From Nageia nagi (Eukaryota > Plantae > Pinophyta), in assembly GCA_050084985.1 (NCBI GenBank), contig JBITNC010000001.1, positions 130,448,001-130,512,000 on the forward strand: DNA of 64,000 nucleotides, given 5' to 3'. This document shows positions 1 to 14,348 of this stretch, piece by piece. Position 1 is the first letter of the stretch; every line of letters starts with the position of its first letter. A program made the translations under genes and the position numbers. The notes beneath the pieces are model-generated. The model did no database searches and was not told the origin of the DNA. It saw nothing but the letters and a program-made list of their open reading frames with translations.

Positions 1-1462
1 CTTCTTGAAATCCTTGGTCGCTCACTTTTATTTGCATTACCTTTTTCATCATTTGTACTAGAATTTGATTCTTCCATTCCTTAGGATTTATCAAGGAGTA
101 AATTTGTAGTGGAGGGCATTTCTTGGTTGACTTCCTCATCTTCTTTATCAAAATCTTGCTCTAATTTTTCTAGACAATTTTTCACTCATATATCTTTGAG
201 TGAATCATCATGGGTATATGTACTTTGTAGCAAATTAATTATATTTTCATCTATCATGGTTTTGAATTGATCAATCATTGGTAGTAAACTAATTATATTT
301 TCATCTCTAACCTGAAGAGGCATTCTTAGGATTTTAGAATCTATGAGAGAAATAATGATAACATATACATTTTTCTTTTTCTTGATCTTCTTTTATTTTC
401 TAAGTGATTTCATTCAATTCAATGTTAGAGATGATATTTCAATACCTTTCAATGTATCCTAATCATTTATGCTTGTAGATAGCTTTGAAGTTATTATTGA
501 AATGGTAATCAATAAAACCTTTAGGATCATAATTATTTGCTGCATTCATTTTACCCAAAGAATAATTTTTAATTCATCAACCATTATTTCAACCTCCATC
601 GAAGAACTTAATGTATAATACACAAAACCAAAAGGAAGTCTTATCATTCCCAACTTCTTCCTCAATAAATATTCATATTGGAATTTCATTTTCCTTATGA
701 ATTCAAAGATCATTAAATCTTTTCATTCACATATTTGGAGAGTATTGTTGGTGCTAAATCAACTCTATAAATATGAATGTAAGAAATATTAGGATGTTCA
801 AGGTAGAAATTTGTATGTCCCTTTTATCACTTTTCTTGTATTTGTTATGATCCTCTCCACTACATGAGGTCCTTTTAATTCTTTTTATATTTCATACTCC
901 CATTTATCATTTCTCATTTTCAAATCATTTTATTTATTTCTTAGCTCCCATTTGGGATAGGTTAAATACACAAGAATATCAACCACTTTGATCCTCTCAC
1001 TTATACCTAAAGGCTTTTTTATATTCTTTCCATGTAACATAAGATAGACATTATAAGAATTCATTGAAAATTTTAATACATTTGCTCTTATCAAGAAAAT
1101 TTATTTAATTAAAACATTACTAATTACAATACTTCACCAAAGTCTTTTTCCATATCCTACCCTAAGGAGGAAACCTAAGAGCTCCTTTTTGAACCTAGCA
1201 TATGAGTCTTCGATGATAACTTGGTTGAGTAGGCTCAACAAAATCTAAGTATTTTCTCAAAATAATACTCTATTAGCTACCAACATCCTATGATGGTCCA
1301 AATATTTATATTCGAACTTCAAGAGATCCTTGATGAGTTTGGTTGCTTTATGGAGTTTATTGTATTTTTCCTTTTTATTGCTCCTCAATGTAGGTAACAC
1401 CTCGGTTAGACCAATCAAATGCTTCTTCAATACTTGTAGTTAATCAATATATTATCACCTGA
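1..1462 (-). pseudogene. Extra 3' ORF of element H, downstream part (degenerate)
   Basis: Manual translation SIEEAFDWSNRG..LLSLLNQVI..FKKELLGFL..W*SIVISNVLIK*I..FSMNSYNVYLMLHG aligns by eye with the 39.5-40.0 kb copy (IEKIMGWSNRD..WKQVFSDGMIHQL..FYISYLIFLLLNG). Confidence 0.6.
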
Positions 1463-2277
1463 TATTGAATGTTCTTAGTGATCCCTTGTGTGAGTTAAGT
1501 AGAAACTATATTAATCATTCACATGTGATGATGTATTATCTTTATATGAAGATAAAAAAATATCAATAGTAAAGATAATAGAAAGTAACAATAACAATAA
1601 TCTAATAGTAAGTAAATAAAATAACAAATAACAAATTTAGCTTATTGGATCAAGATAACGAAATGCGCTATTGAGATTAGGATCAAGTGAAAGATAAATA
1701 CTTGTTAACCTTACCTAGATGATAAATATTATATGTAGATAGGAACATTTTGAAGGTAGGGATATTGACATGTGAGTCCTCACATGTAACATAATAAACT
1801 AGAAATATAGAATGAACTCCCATAGTAGCATAGACATTAGATCTCACACAGTAGCAATAACACATATGGTAACAAATACATTAGGCATCTAAAGAGATAA
1901 TATTTGCAACAAAGATTCAAAGCATAATAGATGATCAATAAGTTGAGCCAAACACATAATAGAATAAAAAATATGCTTGTAATATCAAGAACCAAATATC
2001 AATAGTTGGCATTAATAAACACCAAAACTTTCAATTGGTAATAGTTATCAAGATTAAAATCTTGATAATTTTTTTGTAATCATACTTACCCTTACATATG
2101 CAATACATACTCCAATTTTCACTTAGGAAGATGAGCACTGATGCTGGGGGACCTAACACAATGGATGATAAGATTGTATGAGAAAGGACTAAGACAATAT
2201 CTGTAATATGATATAAGATTAACATAATAAAATACTTAATTAGACCACTTAAGGTAGACCAAAATTAAGTTTCAACA
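1463..2277 (-). repeat. 3' LTR of Ogre-like element
   Basis: tattgaat...tcaaca; homologous to 10485-11149; followed by aataccactcttt (eroded PPT, reverse complement). Confidence 0.85.
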
Positions 2278-2599
2278 AATACCACTCTTTGTAAATATAA
2301 TGAAGTGAAATGTAATTGTGTTTGTAAAGGAAATATAAAAGATAAGAAAAGAAAAATTTGATACTTCCCTATTTTTTCTATGAATCCATCCGATCATCAA
2401 AGGTTGATGATATTTTCTTCCCCCTCTTTACCTTTATTATGAAATGGAATGGTTCTCATGTAATGAGAATGCCTAAGAGTAAAGAATTCCTTAAAGAAGA
2501 GAGCTAGAAAATACCATCTTCTAAATATATGTGTGATAAACTCTTAAAGATATAACACTAATAATGAGAGAAATAATCATCATAAGTGTATGATGTTTT

Positions 2600-3240
2600 C
2601 ATTGTAACACTTAATTCCCTATTTATGGATATGCATTGTTACAATAGATTCAAGTATCCTATTTATGGACTCATAATGTTTCATCTCAAAATATATAACA
2701 ATGAAGAGCAATGATGAAATTAATATAATATGCATACATTATGATGAAAGCATAAGCTATCCTATTCATAGATATACAATTATTATAGTAATACCTAATA
2801 CCTCATTTATGGATGCACATATATAATCATAAAGACCAATCATAATGATGGTTAGCTTAAACCCAACCAACAAAGGTACTAAAACTAAATGAGGGTCACC
2901 CCATTATTGAAATAACAAGTTAACCCATTAATGGGTGTACATAATCATGGTACTAAAGCTTACTCCATTCATGGATATCTTATAATATAGAGTGATAAAT
3001 TCCTAACCCAAAGGGTTATCATATTTTAATATATGTAATTTTTTCATTATCTTCCTAGGGCCAGTAAAGACATACAACAATCAAGCCAAACAAGATGATA
3101 AATACCTAACTGAAAGGGTTTTCATATTCAAGTATATGAGATTTTTTCAATGTAATCTTATTAAATACATATAGTAAGCATATTTAAAGCCAAATATGAT
3201 GATAAATAACCCACCTAAATGGGTTTCATATTTCCAAAAT
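2600..3240. repeat. Degenerate short repeats in 3' UTR (cctatttatggat motif ~6x; aaagggtt.tcatatt ~105-bp unit 3x)
   Basis: First motif near 2618, 2658, 2761, 2801, 2925, 2965. Second motif near 3010, 3114, 3220. Confidence 0.55.
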
Positions 3241-3949
3241 AACAGTTTCATATTTGCAAACATAGAGATAAGGTGATTATAATGATGGTTATTTATTGTC
3301 CACCTAATAAGGACATGTCAATTTTTTGAAAATAAAATACAATTATATACTTTATAAATATTTTTAATAAATAAAACATATGATTTATCATTCTCATATG
3401 CATTTCAAATTATCAAATGTAGTTTTCTAAATGACATATATATCCCTAAAAATGTCAAAAAATAAAAGGAACCATACTTAAACCTACTTGTGGTGGCCAA
3501 GGAATGATAGAAAAACTATCCCAAGTACTAAGTTCAATATGAAAATCTCAAACAATGTTAATGTTAGCCCCAACACATTTTCCCAACTTGAATTTTGATA
3601 ATCAATGGTAAATATATAAATGCATACAAAAAAATGCAAATATTCATCCCAAGATATTCCATAATCCTCATGGCATCGATTGAATGCTCAGCTCACTTAA
3701 ATTGGGAAACATAAGAACAAAATCCTTTTAAACCAAATAATATAACTTTTTCTAGACCAAAGTATATCTCTTAGACCCAAGAATTGATAATGCTTTCAAA
3801 CTAAGGTAAAATAGAAAACAAACTAGTGCGAATGCTAAGTTGCAAAGATAAAAATCAATAGAGGCTAGCATTAATAGTTATGTAGTAGAATAAAAGTAGA
3901 ATTAGGAAAATAATCTAAGAGCCCCAATAGATATCTTGAATAGATATGA

Positions 3950-6900
3950 ATACAATAAATATAAGAAAATATAAGTGACATGTTCCCCTCATGCATGGAA
4001 GGGCTTCAAATGCATAGCATTAGTACAAAACTTATCTTCTCTTCCATCAATTGTCATCTACTTATATATTCCACTTGTATACTTAGCCTTGACAATATAT
4101 GGACTAATCCTATTTGTCTCAAATTTACCTTTATATTCATTTTTAGCCTTAGTCTTATGATGATCCTCCTTGATAACCAATTCACTAACCTAAAAATCCT
4201 TTGAATTGATCTTATTTGTATATACCCTCTTAGTTCTTTTCTAATATGCCCTAAGATGTTCAAAAGCATGAATTCTCATCTCGTATAAACTTTCCAATTA
4301 CCTTAATATTTCTTATCTTTGCTCTCTTCAATCAATAATACCTTCTAAATAAAACTTTAAAGATTGAATTTCCACATCCAAAGGAAGAATCGCTTCATCT
4401 CCATATACCAATGAAAATGGAGTACACATTGTTGCAGATCTAATGCTAGTTTTATATGCACATAATGCATATATTAGTTATATATGTTAGTCCCTTTTAT
4501 GGTTCTTAATATTATTTCATAAAATATTGATGATAGTCTTATTGGTTGCTTTATCCTATCCATTACCTTGTGTGTAGTATGTAGCTAAAAACTTATATTT
4601 TATCTTAAATACCTTTTAAAATTCTCTCACATTCTTTCTCATAAAATTCTTTCTATTATCCATGATGATATGATATGGAATACCAAATCTTGCAATTATG
4701 TTATCAATAAAAAATTTCACTATCTAAGGACCTTTGGATGATATCAAAGGTATAAATTCTTCCACTTAGTAAAATATTTAGTTGTAACTAAAATGAGCTT
4801 GTATCCTTCATAATATTTAGGACTAATCACTCCAATTAAATCTAAAACCCAAATAGAAAATGTCCAAGGTGAAACCCTTGTAGCCAATTCTTGTGAAAGA
4901 GCTAATCTTAAATTACCATGATTTTGATTTTTTTTCCATTTCTTAACATGAAGGATACAATCTTTTTCCATATATGGCTAATAATAACCTAATCTTAGAA
5001 GCTTATAGAATATAGTCTTACCATTAAAGTGACCTCCGCTTAGATGATTATGTACATGCTCCATGGCCTTGTTAATTTTGTCTTCAGTTAAGCACCTAAA
5101 CAATGTTCTATCAAAAGATAATTTGTAAAGAATATCACCAATGATCATATATCTTGATACCATCCACTTGAGCATCCTCTTTAGGAACTTATATTAACAT
5201 GAATCTATAATTGTACCATCTTTCAAATAGTTGTATATATTAGCATACCACTCAGTATATGGAAGTACCACACATGCAATATGCTCTTTCTCAAAGAAGT
5301 TAACAAAGAATCCCTCATATACAAAAGAGTTATTCTTGAGGCTATTCATCTTTATCATAATTTCTTCATCTTCAATATAAATAGGTTTCAAAGAAGTAGC
5401 ATTTTCCATAGCATTAGCAAATCTATTATTGTTCCTTGGAATATTTTTAAATTGGACCTTTGTAAAGCATCTTTCAATTGTCATGGTCATCAACTCCTTG
5501 TAATGATACAACTACTCATCCTTTGTATTATAGACCCCATTAATTTGGTTTAAAATAAGTTTTGAATCATCATAAACCTATATATACTTGATATTCATGT
5601 TGACAATCACCTTTAAACCTAAAACCAAGTCTCATATTTAGTTGTATTATTAGTATAATCAAAATTCAACTTATAAGCCATGGGAATAATACCACCTTGA
5701 GGATATATCAATACAATTTCTTACACAACTGCTTTAAGGCATTTGGAACCATTAAAATACAAGATCCACTTTTCCTCATCCTCTTATTCAACCCATGTAA
5801 TAAGCTCATCCTAAAACTATTTTTAACTTGATGTAGATTCCTCACATGGTGGCTTAGGAAACATATCAGTAATAATGTATCCCATGATTGCTTTTTGATG
5901 CATATAAATGAGGTAAAATTATTATAAATACATTATCCATTTTACAGGCCTTCCTTGTAGTTTAGGTTTATAGAGAAAATACTTCAATGGATCATCTTGA
6001 GAAACCACAAAGATAGTATTGGTGACCATTTAATGTTCGAGTTTCTCAATCATTTGAACAATAGAAAAACACAACTTCTCAATTGAAGTATAGCTTATTT
6101 TAGATAAATAATGCATAACACTTTCCTTACCCACATCATCCTTTTAAACCAAAATAACTCTTAAAGTATGATTTGTAGCTGAGACATACAAATAAAAAGG
6201 CTTCCCATGATCAACAAGTTACAAAATAAGAGAATTAATTAATACCTCTTAATGGAACATCAATTATTTTTGGAAATCCTCTATCAAAATGTACTTATTT
6301 CTCTTGATAAAATGAGAGAAACTAGTTTTCTTATCCACTAATTGAGCTAAAAATGTCTTGACTTCTTTTAGTTTTCCTTGTATACTAATAAGTTGTTTGA
6401 TGTTCTTAGGAGGAGGCATATCCATAATAGCTTTTACTTTCTTAGGTTCAATATTGATTCTACTTTTAGAGATAATGTAATCCAACAATTTACCACTTGA
6501 AACCCCAAAAACATACTTCTTTGGATTAAATTTTAGGTTAAATTTTCTCATTCTTTCAAAAATAACCCTTATGTCTTCTAAATGATCTTCTTTTTCTTAT
6601 ATTTAGCAAGAATACCATAAACATAAGCTCTAACATATTTATGAATCAAGCCATTAAATATATTTACCATTGTTTTTTTATAATTTTCTCATGTATTCTT
6701 GACACCAAAGAGCATGACTACCCAATAAAATATGCCCCAATGAGTGGTGAAAGTGGTGCTATGTTGATCCTCTTTATTGATATTAATTTGAATATAACCT
6801 AAAAAACCATCCATGAAAGATAATATTTCATGACCTATAGTAGAATCCATAATCATTTGAATATATGGTAATGAAAAAGTTCCCTTAGGGAAGGCCTTAT

Positions 6901-9900
6901 TTAGATCCTTAAAATTTTTACAATATCTTATGTATTCTTTTGGTTTCATATTTAGAACAATATTAGATAGCCAAGGTGAGTAATAAATGGGCTCAAATGA
7001 AACTAGCCTTGTGATATTTACCAATCTCCTTCATCAACAAGGCATGCTTGCAATACATGGGCCTTATTTTCTATTGTGCATGTTTAACATGGCTCTAATC
7101 TAAATACTTTGTGGTATATCCTCAAAATCAATGTTTATCTTAGTGGGAGACTTATTCAACTAAGGTATCTAATCACAAGGTTGAGAAAGATTAGGAAATG
7201 CTTGTAATCGTGCCATGACATAAGAGGAACCATATCACAATCTCAATAAAAATACACTCACAAATCCCTAACTACTTAGCCTAATCCTACTTATGTAAAA
7301 ATCAAATAAGGCTAATGTAGCATATATAAACTTGTTATATCCTACATCTCCTCTTCCAAATATGCATGGAAGTGGAATTATTTCTTTCCTTTCCTCTTGG
7401 GATGAAAGTTCTTAAACTCAGATCTTACCCCCAACATGTTTAGGACTTCATCATCTATTTCAAAAATATCAACAAAATTCACAACCATTTTAGGTAATAT
7501 GGGATAAGTGAGATCTCATTCTACTATAGAAGCATGGACACTTACAAAAGTATTAATGTTGGAAAAAATATTGGCTTGCCTCTTTCTACATAAGTAAATC
7601 TTATTAGGTGAATTGAGTACCAACTCTATTAGATTTATAGTTTATACTTCTTCTTATGATCCAAATTCTACATTTAACTATTAATTTGTGTTAGTTAGAA
7701 ATTATTCTTCTGAGTATGAATCCTCATCATCCTTTACTACAATTCCTCTCTTATAATTTATTGATTTGAACATGTTAGTAGGTATATCATCAATTCCTTT
7801 CTCTAGTTTTCCCAATCATTTACCTTTATACCTTATTGAGTCCATATACTATGGGATCAATGCTACATAACACTATATTGCTCTAGCTCTTTTATCAATT
7901 TATGTAGAAGTAGCCTTTAGTTTTACTTATTCATCAATTTCCTAGGTAAACTTTTAACTATTTATGTTATACAAAACCTCCTTTGTGCTCTCATATTTTT
8001 ATTGAGACATATAATAGTTGTATTTAGTGTAATTACTACTCTTCCTTTGAATTTGAGAATTAACACTAGCATTGGTATGAATGCTAGTGACTACATGAAT
8101 ACTAAGATCTTTGTGAACTATTAGGTTTACTAAAACTCATCATAGCATATTGAATCATATTCTAGCTAACCATTTATGTACCAACACTCATTTACTTTTA
8201 TAATAGTATTTTTTCATCATGCTCATTATATTCTTCCTCTAACTCATCATGGACTTATATCTGATTGTAAGGAATAAGATAAGCTCCACTCAATCATACT
8301 TTTAGAAACATCTGCAACTTTTATAATATATTTTTTTCCTTCATAGTTAAATTTCAACAACTTATGTAGAGTATATGCTACACATCTCATTTAATGGATA
8401 CATGGTCTTCTAATAAGGATATTGTAAGGCAACTTCTTGTTAAGAATATATGTTGTACTTCCATAGTATTTTGTCCCAATTGAATTGGAATGGAGATGTG
8501 TCCTACACATAGATTTTATGCATTATCAAAGCCTTTGATCTTATACTCTTTCTTTTGTAATTTGCTTATAAACTTATCTTCAAAATATTGTAATAATTCT
8601 ATAGAAAAAATGTTCAATTTGGTTCCATCATCAACTAATGCATATTTTATTGTATTTCCTAAGATATTTACATCAATGTGCATAGTTATATGGTTTTCAA
8701 TTATCTCTTGGATGGGAAGCACATTTTCATTGAAAGCTAGCTTGCTTGTTTAAAAAATAAACAATTCCTACCAATTCACTTGTTGTAATGGTAATATCAA
8801 TATTTATGCCACTAAGAAGTTCAAATAATTCCATTTGATACTCATTGGATGTTTAAAATAATTCAAACAAACTAATCTTGGAAATAGTATTTTTCAAATT
8901 TTGAATAATATTTTTCTTCCATTTTTCAATTTTATTTTTGTTAGTTGAAAGGTTGGAAGTAGGGCTTGTTTTATAGAAAAAATAGGATTAGGAATACCTT
9001 TTTTACTTGTTGCAGTATTGTATACCTTTTCCTTTATGAATATGATTTTGAATTTGATTATGAAAATTTATTTAACTGAATCATCATCAAACTTTAGTGG
9101 TCGTACATTGTCATCATCGATACTCATATTCATCATATTAACAACTAGAAGCTCTTAACCTTTCACTTTAAATATATCATTTTCATATGAAATTGTCCCA
9201 TTATCCATAAGTTTTTTTCTCATTACAAAATAAATTGACATATGGTGTCCCTTAACTTGATGATATATACCAAATGCACTCTCCTTATACCAATGTGGTT
9301 TCTCTTCATTAGGACAATATTCTTTACCTTCGATATTTTGATAATACTTATCTCAAGATAATCTTCTAATAATTTACTTGGATGAGTAGGAAGTGGAAAA
9401 TTATCCTTTTCACTTTCATATTTTCTTTCTTGATCTTTATCCTTATATTGAGAGGTAGGCTTAGTTTCATTAGCATTAGTATCCTTTTTCTTTTTATATG
9501 ATCTTTTACCATTATCCCTTGTGGAAGAAGAAGATGTATAATGAAGTGGACTATATCTTAACATATACCTTTCTTTCTCAATAAGCATGTGAACCATGTC
9601 CACAAATTGACCTATAACATAATCAAGATCACAAGTTCCAAGAATAGGATTAATATTTTTTGAAAATTCCTTTGAAATGAATTTCTCATCCATAGTTTGT
9701 TCCATTGATCTCCAAATCTTCACATATATAGGAGAAAACTTATCCAATTTATTTGAATGACCTTATTTTAAATGAATTAAATATATATAATTAATGGTTT
9801 TCTTGATGTTGTACTAAAATGACTCTTGAACTAATCTTCCAATAATTGGTATGTGGTGATAGATCCTAGTGCTAAATTATGAAACTACTTCCTAGCTTCA

Positions 9901-10200
9901 CCGATCAAAATTATGGGATAGTACTTTACTTTTAAGTTATTATTGATCCCCCATTTAAGCTTTATGTTATACTTAAATTCCTAAAGATGAATAATAGGAT
10001 AACCTTCACAATTGATTCTTTCCAACTCAGGTTCTTTACTAGTCTTGGTGAGGTTGGCATTATGAATCTCCAAGCTCAAAGGATTTCCCTTATCCTTAGT
10101 AATAACAATGCTTGTTACAAACCAATTTTGAAGTAATTGCATCTTTGTTTACCACTTCTCAAACTAATCTATTATTAAGGTGATAGCATTAAAAGGTCCA
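3950..10200 (-). pseudogene. gag-pol remnants: gag ~10.1-9.2 kb, protease 8722-8516, RT 7130-6264, RNase H ~6250-5850, archaeal-type RNase H 5768-5390, integrase 5175-3950
   Basis: ORF fragments ALVDDGTKLNI (PR); LSFMDGFLGYIQI..FTTHWG and LKFNPKKYVFGVSSGKLL (RT); WILYFNGS..NIPRNNNRFANAM (aRH); HLSGGHFNG, PWTFSIWVLDLIG (INT). Many stops and frameshifts. Confidence 0.92.
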
Positions 10201-10467
10201 TTCCCAAAATTGGTACTCATGATAATATTAATGTTGTTATTTTCTTGTAATGAAAGTATAAATGATTTTGCAAGAATGTCTCAAAACTCAAGCATCTCCA
10301 TCATTTTAGTAAAACCTTCTAGAGTAATATTTTCTATATCTGTCATACTTACAAAATATTATAATCAAATACTAATAAGAACACTATTTTCCTTATTTAA
10401 TAATAGAAATGTTGTATGTTCAAAGAGAAAATATTTGAACCTTATCTAAGAGATGAATATGCTAAAA

Positions 10468-10484
10468 AGAGGTGGGCGATAATA
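10468..10484 (-). promoter_or_regulatory. Eroded primer-binding site, tRNA-Lys-like (TGGCGCCCACC)
   Basis: ggtgggcgat immediately before the right LTR; reverse complement ATCGCCCACC. Confidence 0.45.
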
Positions 10485-11149
10485 TGTTGAATATTTTTTG
10501 TGATCCCAAGTGTGAACTAAGTAAAAACTATATTAAACTTTCACATATGATGATGTATTATCTTTATATAAATACAAACAAAGATTAATAGTAAAGATAA
10601 AATATTGTAATAGTAATAATTATTTAATTGTAAGTAAATGAGATAGTGAATAACAAATTTAGATTATTAGATTAAGATAATAAAACACACTATTGAGACT
10701 AGGATCAAGTGAAATATAGATACCTATTAACCATACCTAGATGAAAAAAATTATATGTACATAGGAAGTTATCGAAGGTAGGGATCATGATATGTGAATC
10801 CCCATATAAGATAACAAACTAGAATGGTAGAAGAAATGTACACAAGAGCATGAACATTGTATCCTAATCTCAATAGGTGGTGTTGATAAACACTAAACAT
10901 TTTACATAATACAAGTTATCAAGACTAAAATCATGATAACTTTCCCTACAATCATACTTATCCTTATATATGTAAGATATTATCCAATTTCCTCTTAGGA
11001 ATGTGAGCATACACATTGGGATACATAGCACAATAAATGATAAGATTGAATGATAAAGGACCAAGAAAATACCCATAACATGATATAAGATCAACAAAAT
11101 AAAATATTTAATTAGATCACCTAAGGTGGACCATAATTAAGTGTCAACA
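10485..11149 (-). repeat. 5' LTR of Ogre-like element (about 150 bp shorter than partner)
   Basis: tgttgaat...gtgtcaaca; colinear with 1463-2277 apart from an internal deletion. Confidence 0.85.
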
Positions 11150-11400
11150 CTTTACCTCTATAATAATTTATATTTCTATTCTTAAAATCACACAAAATGA
11201 ATGAATTCCAAAGCCAATTTTGGGAATCTCACAAGGGAAAATATAGTTACCTTGAAGAGATCATAAGATAGATGATATTTCCATGTTTCTTTTCTTTTGT
11301 TAACTTATTTGAGTCTTTATGCATTTTCCTTAGATTATTGTGGCTCTAGTATGCATCTCTAATATATTTTAGATCATTGTGAAAACTTTTTTCTTATTTG
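11150..11400 (-). pseudogene. Extra 3' ORF of element H, N-terminal part
   Basis: LFKVTIFP..FPKLALEFIHF..DFKNRNINYYRG matches YFKATIIP..FHELVLEVATH..QRVVKDAKR of the 40-kb copy. Confidence 0.55.
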
Positions 11401-11589
11401 GTTTGAGCAAGGATGCTTTAGTCAATCTTTTTGTGTGTTTGTCTCTACATGCACTCCTCCTGCAAAATGAAGGCTTAAGTTTAGAGTAATTGATAAACAT
11501 TAAATTTTAAAATGAAAATATTTTTCATTAGTCAAATTTATAGTGATCTCAAGAACATTTATAAACTCCTTTACTCTTTAATAAGTCAT

Positions 11590-12830
11590 TTCAACCTGAC
11601 CAATAAGATCATTTTAAGTATGAAAATATTTCGGTCATGTTGATGCTTATGTTAATAATTTTCATTCACTTGTCATTAAATCTTTCAATTTGACCAAGGA
11701 GGCTTGTGAAAAATGTTTCGTTCAATCCATTTTCTTATTAAAAAATATTTTTTTTGTTGTTAAAATTGATTTCATCGATCCAACTATTTTCTCATAAAGA
11801 ATATTCTAAGTTTTGATATTCTTTATTTCTTTTAGTTAGAATGAGTTTATTATTAACGAATCTTAATTTATTCTTATCATTCATCTGGGTTTGAATAATT
11901 ATGTTTCATTTTTAAAAGTTAATACCAAAAGCCTTAGTTTAGATCATATTGGTATTTAACATTTTTCTAATTAGTTTCATTATTCTCATCGTATTTGATC
12001 TAACTAACTTTGCATTAGAAAAAATCTTACCTTACATTTTTGTTGAAATCAAATTCACTATCCTCAAGCTCAGTTTGGTCACTTGTTATCAATGACTCAT
12101 TAGTCAGACTGAGAAAACAGATAAGATGATATCTTACCATTTTTATAGTCATTTTCCTCTCATAACTAATAATTAGAAACAACTTAGGTTACCCTTTCTT
12201 ATGGTTGGATCCAAGAGGAGGTTGGCTTTGTCTAAGTTTTGGAAATAGTTCACTTCATGAAATTTGGACTCCAAAATATTGAACTCAACTTGATTCAATC
12301 TCTACATTATGCTAGGGAAACTCATATTTATAGGAAATAGTTTATATGGATAGGATGATATGGTGTGCATCTAGAATGACACATGATATCTAATTAATAG
12401 CTAAGGATAATTAGGATTTGCATAGTGATCAAGGTAGAAAAATGTTATTCAAATAATGTAAGGTGATTAAGTAAGCAAATGGAATCTTTGGTAAATAAGT
12501 CATTTGATCTAACCAAGAGAAATACATTTTTTCAGATCAGGTCCTCTTGTTAAAATCAAAGATGTTAAAAAAAATAGTAGAATAAAATGCTGTTGGTAAA
12601 TTTAATCCAACTAAAGAAAAAATACTTGATATATTCAATTGGTCGGTTTGATGAGGATGATTATGAAAGTAGGTGAAGGATTGGAAAGGCACTCAATCTA
12701 ACCAAAGGAAATTTATTTGTTGGATTAAAGAGGCTAATGATAATATAAAAATTCTTATTGATGATATCATCAATCCAAGTAATAGGAGAATGACTTTAAT
12801 AAAATTAGTTAATTAGATTGAAGACGTTAG
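11590..12830. repeat. Array of ~13-bp motifs (TYRATYYRACYRA-like) in both orientations, ~90-bp spacing
   Basis: Forward copies at 11591, 11685, 11775, 11995, 12504, 12602, 12693, 12770. Reverse copies at 11631, 12100, 12639. Continues at 25327 and 25369. Confidence 0.55.
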
Positions 12831-13705
12831 CAACAAAGGGTGTATGCAAGAAGTTGGATCCATTAAAAGTGGACACATTCTTACATTGAAAAATGCAAGA
12901 AGGAGTAGGCTCCCATTATAAAAATAACATGATTTTTTCTACTTTAAGACCCCAAGCCAAAAATGCAAATTAAATCTTAATTTTTAAATAACAAGATTTT
13001 ATTTTAGTTTGGGTCTCTAACCTAAATGAAATCTTGTACCAAAAAACAAAATCTTATTTTGCATAACCAAATCCTATTATATTTTAAATGTTATAAAATA
13101 AGTAAACCCCATTTTATAAATTTGCATCGGATTTTTGCTTCGATTTCAGCTTTGGAAAGGTATGGGATGCCAACCCTTATCCTTGGACCTACAAGTCCAT
13201 GTTTATGGTAATGGTAATGAAAATATTGACTTTTGGCATATGTTTGATAGAGTTTTTTTGTAGAATTTATTCATGAAATTAAAATACATTACAAATGAGA
13301 GAGTGTATATTTCAAATATATGTATTTTCTTACAATTGGATTATATTTTCTATTTTCAATTAATTTTCAATGAAACTAGTTTATAAACTTGAAAAATCAA
13401 GTTCTCATATTTTTTTAAGAAATTTTTATTTTTTTGGAATTATGAAAAAAATTATATGAGAATAAACTATAGAAAATTCTCTATTAAATGAAAAAAAAAT
13501 AGATAAGTTTAATTCAAATTATGTGTGTTGTACACAAGCATGTTTCAAAAAAACAATTAGGGCTAGTAAAAAATTAATAAAAGAAATTTTCATAAAAAAA
13601 TGAAAAAATATCCTGAACAATCTTCAGTGCAGGTATCATTTTCCATAATGATTTAAAAAAATACTTTAATTTAGGTCGAATTATGCATGTCATACACATG
13701 CATGG

Positions 13706-14348
13706 TGTAGATGGTAAATAATGTGATTAATGCAAATGGGGTTGATTAATGCACTATTTCTATACTTTGTAAATATTGATTCATATATATAAGAAATATA
13801 GCAATAACATGTAGTAGGAATGTAGTAGTGTTTACTTAGATTCTATATTCATTTCGTTAATCATAAAATGCACAAAACAAATAGCATATATTCATGAACA
13901 AGTATGCTGCTGACATCTTAGAATTGGCATATCGTCAACATCATAAGATAAATGAAATTACAAACATGAACAAGAATGTAGTGATGAGCGAATTAGCAAA
14001 TAATCAAATTATAAACATACATGTAAACTTACAAATAAATAAATGCACAATATAGATAGATAAAGCAAGTTGTAATCCTTCAAATGATCTTTAATTGATA
14101 ATCCTTGTATTATCTTGAAATGACTATTAGCCCATGATTCACTCATGATCTATAGGTCATCAAATGATGCCTTTATATATGATACAAATTTACATGACTT
14201 TGATATTTTGACCCCTTGTACAATCCACAAGTGTCAAATACATGCCCTACACCTCTTTATACATTTTTAATCCCTTTTTACATAATAGTCTATTAAGAGA
14301 TTAAAATGATTTATTAAATATATAAAGGTTCATTTTGAGGCATCTACA
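13706..14348 (-). repeat. 3' LTR of pol-less element
   Basis: Roughly 90% identical by eye to 24288-24928; TG..CA termini. Confidence 0.95.

Larger units (their letters stand above)
1463..11149 (-). mobile_element. Full-length degenerate Ty3/Gypsy Tat/Ogre-like LTR retrotransposon (gag-PR-RT-RH-aRH-INT)
   Basis: Paired LTRs 1463-2277 and 10485-11149. Eroded TSD cctga/cttta. PPT remnant after the left LTR, PBS remnant before the right LTR, and pol domains in Gypsy order on the minus strand. Confidence 0.9.

Noticed and set aside
7140-7546. Possible Ogre-type intron (minus-strand gtaagt donor at ~7545)
   Set aside because: Splicing would not restore the missing AWSYxDMP-like RT residues. The ggacacttaca end looks more like a truncated LTR fragment.
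12835-12840. PIF/Harbinger assignment of the GGG-terminated TIR elements
   Set aside because: A 3-bp TWA TSD does not fit the second copy, whose empty site indicates a 4-bp ATTC duplication.
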